This document shows positions 9,449-17,561 of a stretch of 64,000 bases of DNA, piece after piece. The position numbers and the translations under genes were made by a program. The stretch lies in IMG/VR virus record IMGVR_UViG_3300027563_000599; one strand, given 5' to 3'. This DNA comes from an uncultured virus (IMG/VR IMGVR_UViG_3300027563_000599) (Duplodnaviria > Heunggongvirae > Uroviricota > Caudoviricetes). Numbering within the stretch: position 1 is the stretch's first letter; each line of letters starts with the position of its first letter. The notes below the pieces were generated by a model. That model was not told the origin of the DNA. It did no database searches and saw only the letters and a list, made by a program, of their open reading frames with translations.

Positions 9449-10345
9449 ATGAAATTAAAAGTATCTGAACTATTCTATTCCGCACAAGGTGAAGGACGCT
9501 TTATTGGTGTCCCATCAGTGTTTCTACGCACCTTTGGGTGTAACTTTAAGTGCGCCGGTTTTGGTATGCCGCCCGGTCAACTAAGCCACGAAGCCACTGA
9601 CATTGCAGCCAAACATGTCATGATCCAACCGTTTGCAAAGTTTGAAGACTTGCCACTGGTCAATACCGGCTGTGACAGTTATGCCAGTTGGCATCCGGAC
9701 TTTAAAGACCTAAGTCCGACCATTGACACAGACAAGCTGGTGGATCAAATGCTGGTCCTGACACCCAATCACAAATGGATACAGGACAACGGCAACGATG
9801 TTCATTTGGTCATCACAGGTGGTGAACCTTTGTTGGGCTGGCAACGTACATATCCGGAACTGTTGAGTGGTCCTGCCATGTTGGATCTACAGAATATCAC
9901 ATTTGAAACGAATGGTACTCAGGCTCTAAACCCACAGTTTAGGCAGTATCTGCTTAATTGGACACTGAACAGCAAACTGAACAGTCGAGCTGTTCGACGT
10001 ACCCCAGGTCAACTCACTTTCAGTGTCAGTCCCAAGCTCAGTGCCAGTGGCGAACGGTGGTCTGAAGCCATCTGCCCTGACATAGTGGCCAGTTATCAAG
10101 ACATTGGCACCACCTATCTTAAATTTGTTGTGGAAACAGAAGAACACTTTGCAGAAGTTGAACAAGCAGTAAAAGAATTCCGTGCTGGTGGCTTTACCGG
10201 TGTTGTATATGTTATGCCACAAGGTGGTGTGGTCACTCCTTATTCACAGAATCGTGTTAGAGTAGCAGACTGGGCTTGCAGCCGGGGCTACTATTACAGT
10301 CCTCGATTGCATGTGGACTTGTGGGGCAACGGCTGGGGCAAATAA
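9449..10345 (+). CDS. queE: 7-carboxy-7-deazaguanine synthase (radical SAM)
   Basis: ELFYSAQGEG, FLRTFGCNFKC...CDS (long insertion before third Cys), TGGEP, ETNGT, SPKL, PRLH. Confidence 0.88.
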   Translation: MKLKVSELFYSAQGEGRFIGVPSVFLRTFGCNFKCAGFGMPPGQLSHEATDIAAKHVMIQPFAKFEDLPLVNTGCDSYASWHPDFKDLSPTIDTDKLVDQMLVLTPNHKWIQDNGNDVHLVITGGEPLLGWQRTYPELLSGPAMLDLQNITFETNGTQALNPQFRQYLLNWTLNSKLNSRAVRRTPGQLTFSVSPKLSASGERWSEAICPDIVASYQDIGTTYLKFVVETEEHFAEVEQAVKEFRAGGFTGVVYVMPQGGVVTPYSQNRVRVADWACSRGYYYSPRLHVDLWGNGWGK

Positions 10346-10357
10346 TAAGGAAACTGT

Positions 10358-10750
10358 ATGGGTTTATTTGATCGATTTAAGAAAAAGCCGCCCGAGCCGG
10401 TGGCCAAAGAGCCGCCTGCACCGCGAGTCAAGGCGCCGGTAAAAACTGAAAAAGAAATTGCTACTGAAAAAGGCGAACCCTGGATTGCCATTCTCAGCAT
10501 GGATATTGATCCGGAAAATCTACATCAAGGCGCATTTGAACTGGATTGGAATGACAAATTTATTGCCAACTTGGTTCGTGCCGGATATCAAATGAAAGCC
10601 GACGACAAAGATTCGGACATTGTAGATCGCTGGTTCCAAAATGTCTGCAGACATGTGGTCATGGAAACCTGGGAACAGGAAGTGGCAAACAATCCCAATC
10701 GTGTGGTAAAATCACGAGACATCGGTGACGGCAGAAGCGAAGTATCATGA
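10358..10750 (+). CDS. Hypothetical phage protein
   Basis: AAGGA SD, clean ORF. Confidence 0.7.
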   Translation: MGLFDRFKKKPPEPVAKEPPAPRVKAPVKTEKEIATEKGEPWIAILSMDIDPENLHQGAFELDWNDKFIANLVRAGYQMKADDKDSDIVDRWFQNVCRHVVMETWEQEVANNPNRVVKSRDIGDGRSEVS

Positions 10751-11448
10751 TCTTGTATGTAAATGGCGATAGTCACACTGCTGCCGCTGAAGCAGTCAAC
10801 CCGCATGCGTTTGCCATGGACGATGGTCATTTGTTTTACATGGGCCGGGCCCCGCATCCAGAAAATTTAGCAGTGAGTTGGGGCCGGCGTTTGGCCGACG
10901 CACTACGAGCTGGTTTGCATTGTGATGCTGAGAGTGCTGCCAGCAACACTAGAATCTTAAGAACCACTAGAAATTGGCTGAAAAAGATACGCCACCCAGA
11001 AGAAGTGTTGATGGTGATACAATGGAGTACCTGGGAGCGCGAAGAATGGTTGATTGACGATGTGTACTATCAGATCGGTGCCAGTGGCATGGACGATGTA
11101 CCAGTGGAACATCAACAACGCTACAAGGAATTTGTGGTCGGCGTAGATTGGAAACAAAAGACTCAGCAGGCACACAATGAAATTTGGCAATTGCATACCG
11201 AATTAGACGAATTGGGTGTTAACCATATTTTCTTCAATGGCAATAATGATTTCAGCGCAATCGCTGACCGAAAAGACTGGGGTAACAGTTACATTGACCC
11301 TTACGAGCCTGCAGGCACATACAATGCTCGAATCAGAGCCACAGGAATACAAACAGTTGCACCCAATTCCTGGCATTTTGGCAAAGATGGCCATAGCTTT
11401 TGGAATCGTTTTATGTTACAATATATCAATGCAAACAACAAAGTCTAA
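10747..11448 (+). CDS. SGNH-hydrolase-like hypothetical protein
   Basis: N-terminal NGDSH, SN.RI block, C-terminal HF...GH. Confidence 0.55.
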   Translation: MILYVNGDSHTAAAEAVNPHAFAMDDGHLFYMGRAPHPENLAVSWGRRLADALRAGLHCDAESAASNTRILRTTRNWLKKIRHPEEVLMVIQWSTWEREEWLIDDVYYQIGASGMDDVPVEHQQRYKEFVVGVDWKQKTQQAHNEIWQLHTELDELGVNHIFFNGNNDFSAIADRKDWGNSYIDPYEPAGTYNARIRATGIQTVAPNSWHFGKDGHSFWNRFMLQYINANNKV

Positions 11449-11457
11449 GGGTTAAGT

Positions 11458-12465
11458 ATGCGTTATGTGTTGATTGACACGGCCAATATGTTTTTTCGTG
11501 CTAGGCACACTGCGTTTCGTGCCAGCGATGCTTGGGAAAAGGTCGGTGTAGCACTGCATACCACATTGATGAGCGCCAACAAGGTTGTGCGTCGATTTGA
11601 AGCAGATCACGTGGTGTTCGCACTGGAAGGTCGTAGCTGGCGCAAAGACCATTACAAGCCCTACAAGGCCAATCGTGCTGTGGCCAGAGCTGCACTAACC
11701 GAAACAGAAGCTGAAGAAGATAAAATGTTTTGGGAAACGTATGATAATCTGACTAAATACCTGGCAGAGAAAACCAACTGTAGTGTGATCAGATGTGCCA
11801 CTGCCGAAGGCGATGATATCATTGCACGTTGGATCGCTCTACATCCCCAAGACGAACACATTGTGATCAGCAGCGACACAGATTTTGTGCAGCTGGTGGC
11901 TCCCAATGTAAAACAATACAATGGTATCACAGACGAACTCATCACCACCGACGGCATCTTTGATGCTAAAAACAAGCCAGTTGTTGATAAAAAAACTAAA
12001 GAAGCAAAAGTCCCACCGAACCCGCAGTGGTTACTTTTTGAAAAGTGCATGCGAGGCGATACCTCAGACAATGTGTTCAGTGCATATCCAGGAGTACGCA
12101 CAAAAGGCACAAAAAATAAGGTTGGTCTCCAGGAGGCCTTTGCAGATCGAAACACCAAAGGCTACAATTGGAACAACATGATGTTGCAACGTTGGACTGA
12201 CCACAATGGCGAAGAACATCGTGTGTTGGACGACTACGAGCGCAATAGACAGTTGATTGATCTTACCCATCAACCCGAGGCTGTCAAAGACATCGTGGAC
12301 TTGGCCATTATTGAGCAGGTGTCTAACAAAGATGTTGGCCAAGTTGGCGTGAGATTCATGCAGTTTTGTGGCAAGTATGATCTGGTTCGGTGCAGTGAGA
12401 ATGCCGAAGGATTCAGTCGATGGCTGAATGAAACATATAAAGGAGTGCTAAGTGTTAATAGCTAA
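11458..12465 (+). CDS. rnh: 5'-3' exonuclease / T4 RNase H-like
   Basis: LIDTAN, WRKDHYKPYKANR, EGDDII, SSDTDFVQL, GDTSDNV. Confidence 0.85.
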   Translation: MRYVLIDTANMFFRARHTAFRASDAWEKVGVALHTTLMSANKVVRRFEADHVVFALEGRSWRKDHYKPYKANRAVARAALTETEAEEDKMFWETYDNLTKYLAEKTNCSVIRCATAEGDDIIARWIALHPQDEHIVISSDTDFVQLVAPNVKQYNGITDELITTDGIFDAKNKPVVDKKTKEAKVPPNPQWLLFEKCMRGDTSDNVFSAYPGVRTKGTKNKVGLQEAFADRNTKGYNWNNMMLQRWTDHNGEEHRVLDDYERNRQLIDLTHQPEAVKDIVDLAIIEQVSNKDVGQVGVRFMQFCGKYDLVRCSENAEGFSRWLNETYKGVLSVNS

Positions 12466-12889
12466 AGTGGTAGCAGACAAGCAGTTTTGGATTTTACAAC
12501 AAGATGATTGTAAGGTTGGCAACATCGAAGCCTGGAACGGCGGGTATCAAGTTCGAATCAACAATCAAGTAAAACAATTCAAAACTATCAAACTTGCTGC
12601 CAAGGAATCAAATATTGTGTTTGAAAAACAATCAAATCCAAAACCAAAAGACAACACCACTGTGTACGGATTCCCAGTGGTGGGCCGTTTTTATAATCCT
12701 GTGTGGGACGTGGCACATCACTTGCCAATGTACACCAAAACTCGCAAAAGCAAATCATGGTTTGCAGCCGGCTGGTACTCTGTCAAACGTGGTCGTAACT
12801 GGAAAGTTGTACGGGATCCCAAACTGATTGCACTGCAACGCTATCCTTACCAAGGCCCATTTAAAACTCAACAAGAAGTAACAGTATGA
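12452..12889 (+). CDS. Hypothetical phage protein
   Basis: GTG start with AGGAG SD, overlaps neighbours. Confidence 0.65.
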   Translation: MLIAKVVADKQFWILQQDDCKVGNIEAWNGGYQVRINNQVKQFKTIKLAAKESNIVFEKQSNPKPKDNTTVYGFPVVGRFYNPVWDVAHHLPMYTKTRKSKSWFAAGWYSVKRGRNWKVVRDPKLIALQRYPYQGPFKTQQEVTV

Positions 12890-13257
12890 CCAATCCTTTT
12901 AGAGATCAAGAAAAGTTTATGCGAGCTTGCGATCAAAGTGTTGGCAAGTTTAATGAACTACAGTATGCAATGTATGTTAAACTTATCGACGAAGAACATC
13001 AGGAACTGTTAGAGGCATCACTATCAGATGACCGTGTTGAGCAGTTAGATGCATTAATTGATATTCTAGTTGTTACCATTGGTGCTATTCACTCAATGGG
13101 CGCTGATGCCGAAGGTGCCTGGAAAGAAGTCATGCGAACTAACTTTGCCAAGATCGATCACGAAACAGGCAAAGTACGCAAGCGAGAAGATGGAAAAGTG
13201 CTGAAACCATTGGGTTGGACGGCACCTGAATTAAATACATTTTTAACACGGGAGTAA
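12886..13257 (+). CDS. MazG-like NTP pyrophosphohydrolase
   Basis: LIDEEHQEL, LDALID, N..K, REDGKVLKP. Confidence 0.8.
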   Translation: MTNPFRDQEKFMRACDQSVGKFNELQYAMYVKLIDEEHQELLEASLSDDRVEQLDALIDILVVTIGAIHSMGADAEGAWKEVMRTNFAKIDHETGKVRKREDGKVLKPLGWTAPELNTFLTRE

Positions 13258-13260
13258 ATT

Positions 13261-13950
13261 ATGTTTGAAACAAGTTATAATAACAGTGTGGCCTATCGCA
13301 GTGCCACCGAAATCAACTCGGCCATGGGCCGTGTGTACGGACACATGAGTCTGGCAGTGATCGTGAGTATGCTGGTCAGTTACTTTGTGGGCACCAGTCC
13401 AGAGTTGCTGGAGTTCTTCTTTACTGGTGTGCTAAAGTGGATTGTGATCTTTGCACCACTGGTGGCAATTTTTGGCATCAGCATGGTGTTGGCCAACAAC
13501 CCTAGTAAAAGCACCGCACAACTTTGCCTGCATGGATTTGCGGCCTTGATGGGGCTGAGCTTTGCAATGATCTTTGCTGTGTTTACCATGGGATCAATTG
13601 TGAGTGCGTTCATGGGTGCTGCCATCCTGTTTGGTGTAATGAGTGGCTACGGTTACTTTACCAAGCAGAGTCTCGACAGCGTGGGCAAGTTTATGTTTGT
13701 GGGCTTGATTGCCATTGTGATTGCCAGCATTGTGAACATCTTCATTGGTAGTACAGTTATGCAGATGGTGATCTCCGCATTGGCCATTATTATCTTTTTG
13801 GGACTCACTGCTTACGACACACAGAAGATTCGTGAAGAACTCAGTACCGAAACCAGCGACGTGGCTGAGGTTCGTGGTGCGCTGACCTTGTACATGGACT
13901 TTATCAATCTGTTCTTGAACCTGTTGCAGTTGTTTGGCGATAGAAAATAA
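13261..13950 (+). CDS. Bax inhibitor-1/YccA family membrane protein
   Basis: About 7 hydrophobic segments; AYDTQKI, ALTLYMDFINLF. Confidence 0.9.
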   Translation: MFETSYNNSVAYRSATEINSAMGRVYGHMSLAVIVSMLVSYFVGTSPELLEFFFTGVLKWIVIFAPLVAIFGISMVLANNPSKSTAQLCLHGFAALMGLSFAMIFAVFTMGSIVSAFMGAAILFGVMSGYGYFTKQSLDSVGKFMFVGLIAIVIASIVNIFIGSTVMQMVISALAIIIFLGLTAYDTQKIREELSTETSDVAEVRGALTLYMDFINLFLNLLQLFGDRK

Positions 13951-14156
13951 TGTTGCATATTCAACGGTTCATCGAAAGACTACAAGGTTTCGAAGCACGT
14001 GGTGCTAGAGACTTTACCATGCCCATCAAAGATGCCAAAGACCTACATGCAGATTTGACCAGATTGCTTATAACATTACAAGCCGCGAGAGAGTCTGCTG
14101 TAAGCACCGCACAAGAAAACACAATCAAGGTAGAAATGCAAGGCGGGTCATTTTAA
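13950..14156 (+). CDS. Hypothetical protein
   Basis: TAATG coupling. Confidence 0.6.
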   Translation: MLHIQRFIERLQGFEARGARDFTMPIKDAKDLHADLTRLLITLQAARESAVSTAQENTIKVEMQGGSF

Positions 14157-14200
14157 AAGTTCCTATATTGGCATAAATAAAAATGTAGGAGTTTAATGAT

Positions 14201-14497
14201 ATGAGCAGACCAAAACCCAAAGTTCTATTAGAACTGACAAACAAAAGCACATACAAGACCGAACAGGTCTTGTCGTCAACGGGCGTTTGGGCAGTGTTTT
14301 ATGACAACAGTCCTATCAATCTCAAAACCAGTAACATGCTGATACAACATCCTGGACCCAAGTACAAAAAGGTCAGTTTCTCCAATCCTGGGCATGCACA
14401 CAATCTTTCAAAAAAATTAAATGCACAGTTCAAAACAGACAAGTTCTCTGTGATTTTGTTGACCCAGGGCGACAAAGTTCAGCCCGGCAGTGCGTGA
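14201..14497 (+). CDS. Hypothetical phage protein
   Basis: ATAAATA motif and AGGAG SD upstream. Confidence 0.7.
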   Translation: MSRPKPKVLLELTNKSTYKTEQVLSSTGVWAVFYDNSPINLKTSNMLIQHPGPKYKKVSFSNPGHAHNLSKKLNAQFKTDKFSVILLTQGDKVQPGSA

Positions 14498-14852
14498 CAA
14501 ACTACTGCTGACCCAAGCACTGGTGGCCAATCTGCCAGAAGAATTTGCTGAGTCAGCAGAAGTCGCTGTTCGGACCTGGTGGGCCAATATTCGAAAAACT
14601 GGTGGGCTACGACTTACTGATCATGGATTCTATGTGTTCAGTCGTGTGTTGGAATTAACACACTATGATTTAGAAATTCAACCTGGACCGAGCACCCGTC
14701 GTACTATTTTGTCGTTGGACCGTAAACTGCAAAGTCCTTACTATATCAAAGTTGAAAAACGTATTCCGGTGGAGATTTGCATGTTTGGCAGTCGCGAAGC
14801 AGTGGTAGCTCAGCTGTACGGCAATTTGGAAAAGTTCCTGGTCAACTATTGA
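14490..14852 (+). CDS. Hypothetical protein
   Basis: GTG start overlapping previous ORF. Confidence 0.6.
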   Translation: MRDKLLLTQALVANLPEEFAESAEVAVRTWWANIRKTGGLRLTDHGFYVFSRVLELTHYDLEIQPGPSTRRTILSLDRKLQSPYYIKVEKRIPVEICMFGSREAVVAQLYGNLEKFLVNY

Positions 14853-14910
14853 AGATCGGCCTGCACTAAAAAATATTGGCAAAAAAACAGCAATTTGGAC
14901 AACCTGAGGG

Positions 14911-14939
14911 TTGACCTTGTATAAATAAACCTATACAAT
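14911..14939 (+). promoter_or_regulatory. sigma70-type promoter with embedded TATAAATA, heading the tRNA region
   Basis: TTGACC-N17-TACAAT; TATAAATA at 14920-14927. Confidence 0.7.
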
Positions 14940-14982
14940 ACACACATGCGCTGATAAAACGGCTCATGTAAATTTTAAAGAA

Positions 14983-15129
14983 ATGAAAATGCAAACGAAC
15001 TTGTTACATTCTATATCAAATTGTTCTGCCAAGCAGGCGGGCTTCACGCCCTCTATTTGGTTTGCAATTAATAGCATGTCATATGATCGCACACCAGAGG
15101 TTACCAGGGTCCGGGAGACCAAATTGTAA
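14983..15129 (+). CDS. Putative attenuator leader peptide (48 aa, all 20 amino acids)
   Basis: MKMQTNLLHSISNCSAKQAGFTPSIWFAINSMSYDRTPEVTRVRETKL*; 3' end overlaps antiterminator; SD weak. Confidence 0.55.
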   Translation: MKMQTNLLHSISNCSAKQAGFTPSIWFAINSMSYDRTPEVTRVRETKL

Positions 15130-15161
15130 GCAACAGTTTACAGTTAAACTCCAAGGACCCT
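15106..15161 (+). promoter_or_regulatory. Antiterminator hairpin
   Basis: AGGGTCC/GGACCCT, GGAG/CTCC, AATTGTAAGC/GTTTACAGTT nested helices. Confidence 0.6.
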
Positions 15162-15191
15162 AGGATTAAAACCCTAGGGTTTTTTGTTTTT
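15157..15191 (+). terminator. Intrinsic terminator
   Basis: ACCCTAGG/CCTAGGGT 8-bp stem followed by TTTTTGTTTTT. Confidence 0.8.
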
Positions 15192-15203
15192 AGCAAGGAG
15201 AAA

Positions 15204-15365
15204 ATGAAAAAATCAGATTTAAAACGAAGAATGCGCGAAGTAAGATTTACCACAGAGCATACTCTGACTGCGGATCAGCGAAATCAGTTGATACGAGATA
15301 AATTGGAACGTGCTCGGATAGAATCCGAAAATCGCAAACGAGTCAAGAATCAGCTTTTGACATAG
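15204..15365 (+). CDS. Small basic hypothetical protein (53 aa)
   Basis: AAGGAG SD; MKKSDLKRRMREVRFTTEHTL... Confidence 0.6.
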   Translation: MKKSDLKRRMREVRFTTEHTLTADQRNQLIRDKLERARIESENRKRVKNQLLT

Positions 15366-15554
15366 ATCTTCTTAAAGTGTTGACAGGAAACGAGGTCCTG
15401 TGCTACACTATAAACAAGCACAAACGGGCGGCGGCCAGGATGAAATCCCTTGTATGGGAGGAAAAATCGGTTCGTATTAAAGCATTCTTTAAGAACAGGC
15501 AGCCTAAGTATTTTAGAGTGCTTTAATACACACATTGGCGACAGTGTGTTACGT

Positions 15555-15631
15555 GTGGGTGTGTAGCTGAATGGTTAGGCCCCGGATTGCAAATCCGTAT
15601 CATGCAGGTTCAAGTCCTGTCACCCACTCCA
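15555..15631 (+). tRNA. tRNA-Cys(GCA)
   Basis: Loop TTGCAAA, T-arm GGTTCAAGTCC, U73-CCA; 5' register slightly irregular. Confidence 0.8.
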
Positions 15632-15642
15632 AATTTTATAAA

Positions 15643-16413
15643 ATGAAAAATATGAAATTATTTGCCATTGTGTTTTTTTGTGCAGCATTGACCAATGCTA
15701 CAGCTCGAACCAGTGAGCCCACAGTGTTGGTCTACAACATCAACGCACAGCACACGGAACTGAACCGTTATGCCGATCAGGTGAGATCCATGGCCAGTAT
15801 AACCAAGCTGATGACTGCCATGGTCGCACTGGATCACAACAGAGATCTACTACAGCCAATGATGTTGGGGAAAAACAGCGGTAGTCGATTGCCGCCTGGT
15901 CAGTACACCAGAGAGCAGTTGTTAAAGGCCATGTTGGTCAGCAGTGACAACGGAGCAGCCGAAGCCATCGCACAGGACTATCCCGGGGGCCGATCTGCAT
16001 TTGTAGCTGAGATGAATCGGCATGCTAAAATGTGGGATCTTCGAAATACTAAATTTGTAGATCCGTCGGGACTGGGCGTGTTCAATGTGACCACTGCGCA
16101 GGACCTGGCGGAGATGGTGCAGATTGCTGCCGGTTATTGGTTTATACAAGAAGTCAGCGGTCAACCCACTGTACAGTTAAAAAAGTCAGACCGAACTCGT
16201 GGCAACACTTTGAATCTCATTCACACATCTCAACAACTGATGGCAGAGTTTGACCGTGTGGCTGTGAGCAAGACTGGATTTACCACGCCAGCTGGGTGGT
16301 GTGTGGCCATGTTGGTGGAACACAACCGGCAACAGTATGCAGTGATTGTGTTGGGTGCCAGTTCCAAACTGGATCGCAATGCAATTATAAAGAAAGCGTT
16401 TAAAAATTTATAA
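15643..16413 (+). CDS. D-alanyl-D-alanine carboxypeptidase/endopeptidase (peptidase S11)
   Basis: Signal peptide; SITK, SDN, KTG catalytic motifs. Confidence 0.88.
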   Translation: MKNMKLFAIVFFCAALTNATARTSEPTVLVYNINAQHTELNRYADQVRSMASITKLMTAMVALDHNRDLLQPMMLGKNSGSRLPPGQYTREQLLKAMLVSSDNGAAEAIAQDYPGGRSAFVAEMNRHAKMWDLRNTKFVDPSGLGVFNVTTAQDLAEMVQIAAGYWFIQEVSGQPTVQLKKSDRTRGNTLNLIHTSQQLMAEFDRVAVSKTGFTTPAGWCVAMLVEHNRQQYAVIVLGASSKLDRNAIIKKAFKNL

Positions 16414-16417
16414 CATT

Positions 16418-16509
16418 GGCCCTGTAGTTTAATGGTAAAACGGCGGATTTATATCCCGTAAGCAACAGATAATTGGTTCATGTGGGTTCGAATCCCGCCG
16501 GGGCTACCA
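16418..16509 (+). tRNA. tRNA-Ile(TAT) with long variable region
   Basis: Loop TTTATAT, about 22-nt variable region, A73-CCA. Confidence 0.7.
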
Positions 16510-16515
16510 AATTCA

Positions 16516-16607
16516 GGAAGATGATGCAGCGGGGTTGGTCCTGCGACTGGCCTTGAAAACCAGGTTCTCTTAACAGGGATGGGGTTCGACTCCTCCGTCT
16601 TCCGCCA
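16516..16607 (+). tRNA. tRNA-Ser(TGA), 8/4-type fold
   Basis: GGAAGATG/CGTCTTCC acceptor, loop CTTGAAA, long V arm, G73-CCA. Confidence 0.75.
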
Positions 16608-16613
16608 AACAAC

Positions 16614-16703
16614 GGTGTGGTCCTATAATGGTATTAGAGCAGATTGCTAATCTGTCGCTCGGCGTAATCCGGGTTCTGAGTTCGAGTCTCAGTCACACCG
16701 CCA
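16614..16703 (+). tRNA. tRNA-Ser(GCT)
   Basis: Loop TTGCTAA, long V arm, GCCA. Confidence 0.88.
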
Positions 16704-16708
16704 ACATT

Positions 16709-16784
16709 GCCAACGTAGCTCATCAGGTAGAGCACCAGACTGAAAATCTGGGTGTGACTGGTTCGAGTCCAGTCGTTGGTACCA
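16709..16784 (+). tRNA. tRNA-Phe(GAA)
   Basis: Cloverleaf, loop CTGAAAA, ACCA. Confidence 0.92.
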
Positions 16785-16788
16785 ATCT

Positions 16789-16863
16789 GGGTCCTTGGTG
16801 AAATGGATATCATGCTTGGCTTCGAACCAAGTGGTGTGGGTTCGATTCCTGCAGGACCCGCCA
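16789..16863 (+). tRNA. tRNA-Arg(TCG)
   Basis: Loop CTTCGAA, GCCA. Confidence 0.88.
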
Positions 16864-16870
16864 AAAATTT

Positions 16871-16945
16871 AGCCGTGTAGCTCAGAGGAAGAGCAAACGC
16901 TTGATAAGCGTTAGGTCGACATTTCGAAACTGTCCATGGCTACCA
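16871..16945 (+). tRNA. tRNA-Ile(GAT)
   Basis: Loop TTGATAA, ACCA; imperfect T-stem. Confidence 0.85.
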
Positions 16946-16951
16946 GTCAGT

Positions 16952-17025
16952 GTATCTCTAATGTAATGGCAGCATGACAGTCTCCAAAACTGTTCGTCGG
17001 GGTTCGAGTCCCTGGAGGTACGCCA
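16952..17025 (+). tRNA. tRNA-Trp(CCA)
   Basis: Loop CTCCAAA, GCCA. Confidence 0.9.
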
Positions 17026-17066
17026 ACAATAACCCTACTGCAAGTAGTGTTAACTAAAGTACTAAG

Positions 17067-17232
17067 TTGACCAATTAACGGCAATTTGCTACAATAGAAG
17101 CAAGTTAAGAAATTAACTGGATCTGCAAATAACCCTACATGTTGTAGGGTGTTTGCAAAACAAATTGACTAGATATAGCCATTGTGCTATACTAGAGACT
17201 AGTTAGGAAATTAACTAGACGTTCTTTAAAAA
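17067..17232 (+). promoter_or_regulatory. Tandem sigma70 promoters followed by boxB-like hairpin and boxA-like sequence
   Basis: TTGACC-N17-TACAAT (17067), TTGACT-N17-TATACT (17165), hairpin CTAGTTA-GGAAAT-TAACTAG, CGTTCTTTAAAAA. Confidence 0.6.
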
Positions 17233-17262
17233 GTTGTTGTTTTTGGTAACCCGCAAGGGTTG

Positions 17263-17475
17263 CTATTTTAAAACATATTAAAGGTTACCTAGACCACTAG
17301 GCGACTGGGATGATGACAGTACCGACGGGCGCTGGTCAAGTCCAGGAGCATGAAGCAGGAGCAATCCGGATTTGCGGTGGGCCTTCTAGGAAGTAATGAC
17401 CGTGCAGGCCCTATGTAGACGTTGCATAGGGTAGAGACAGATGCACAATGGTTCCTTTAGTATTTTTTAATATAG
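17263..17475 (+). ncRNA. Unidentified structured RNA closed by a 22-bp terminal stem
   Basis: 20/22 paired ends; internal hairpin CCCTATGTA/TGCATAGGG; no ORF. Confidence 0.5.
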
Positions 17476-17477
17476 TT

Positions 17478-17553
17478 GGTCTTAAAGTGTTCATGGACGC
17501 ACGATGGCTTGTCACGCCATAAGAGTGGGGATCGTTACCCCCTAAGACCGCCA
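17478..17553 (+). tRNA. tRNA-Asp(GTC)
   Basis: Loop TTGTCAC, GCCA; atypical T-loop ATCGTTA. Confidence 0.82.
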
Positions 17554-17561
17554 ATTTTTTT

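Noticed and set aside
15436..15470. Hammerhead ribozyme (GGATGA..GAAA)
   Set aside because: Core is not CUGAUGA and stems I/III with an NUH site could not be built.
15571..15642. N-terminal extension of the peptidase ORF given by the ORF track
   Set aside because: Overlaps tRNA-Cys; the signal peptide begins at 15643/15652.
16418..16509. Ochre suppressor (UUA) reading
   Set aside because: Register from the D-arm puts TAT at 34-36.
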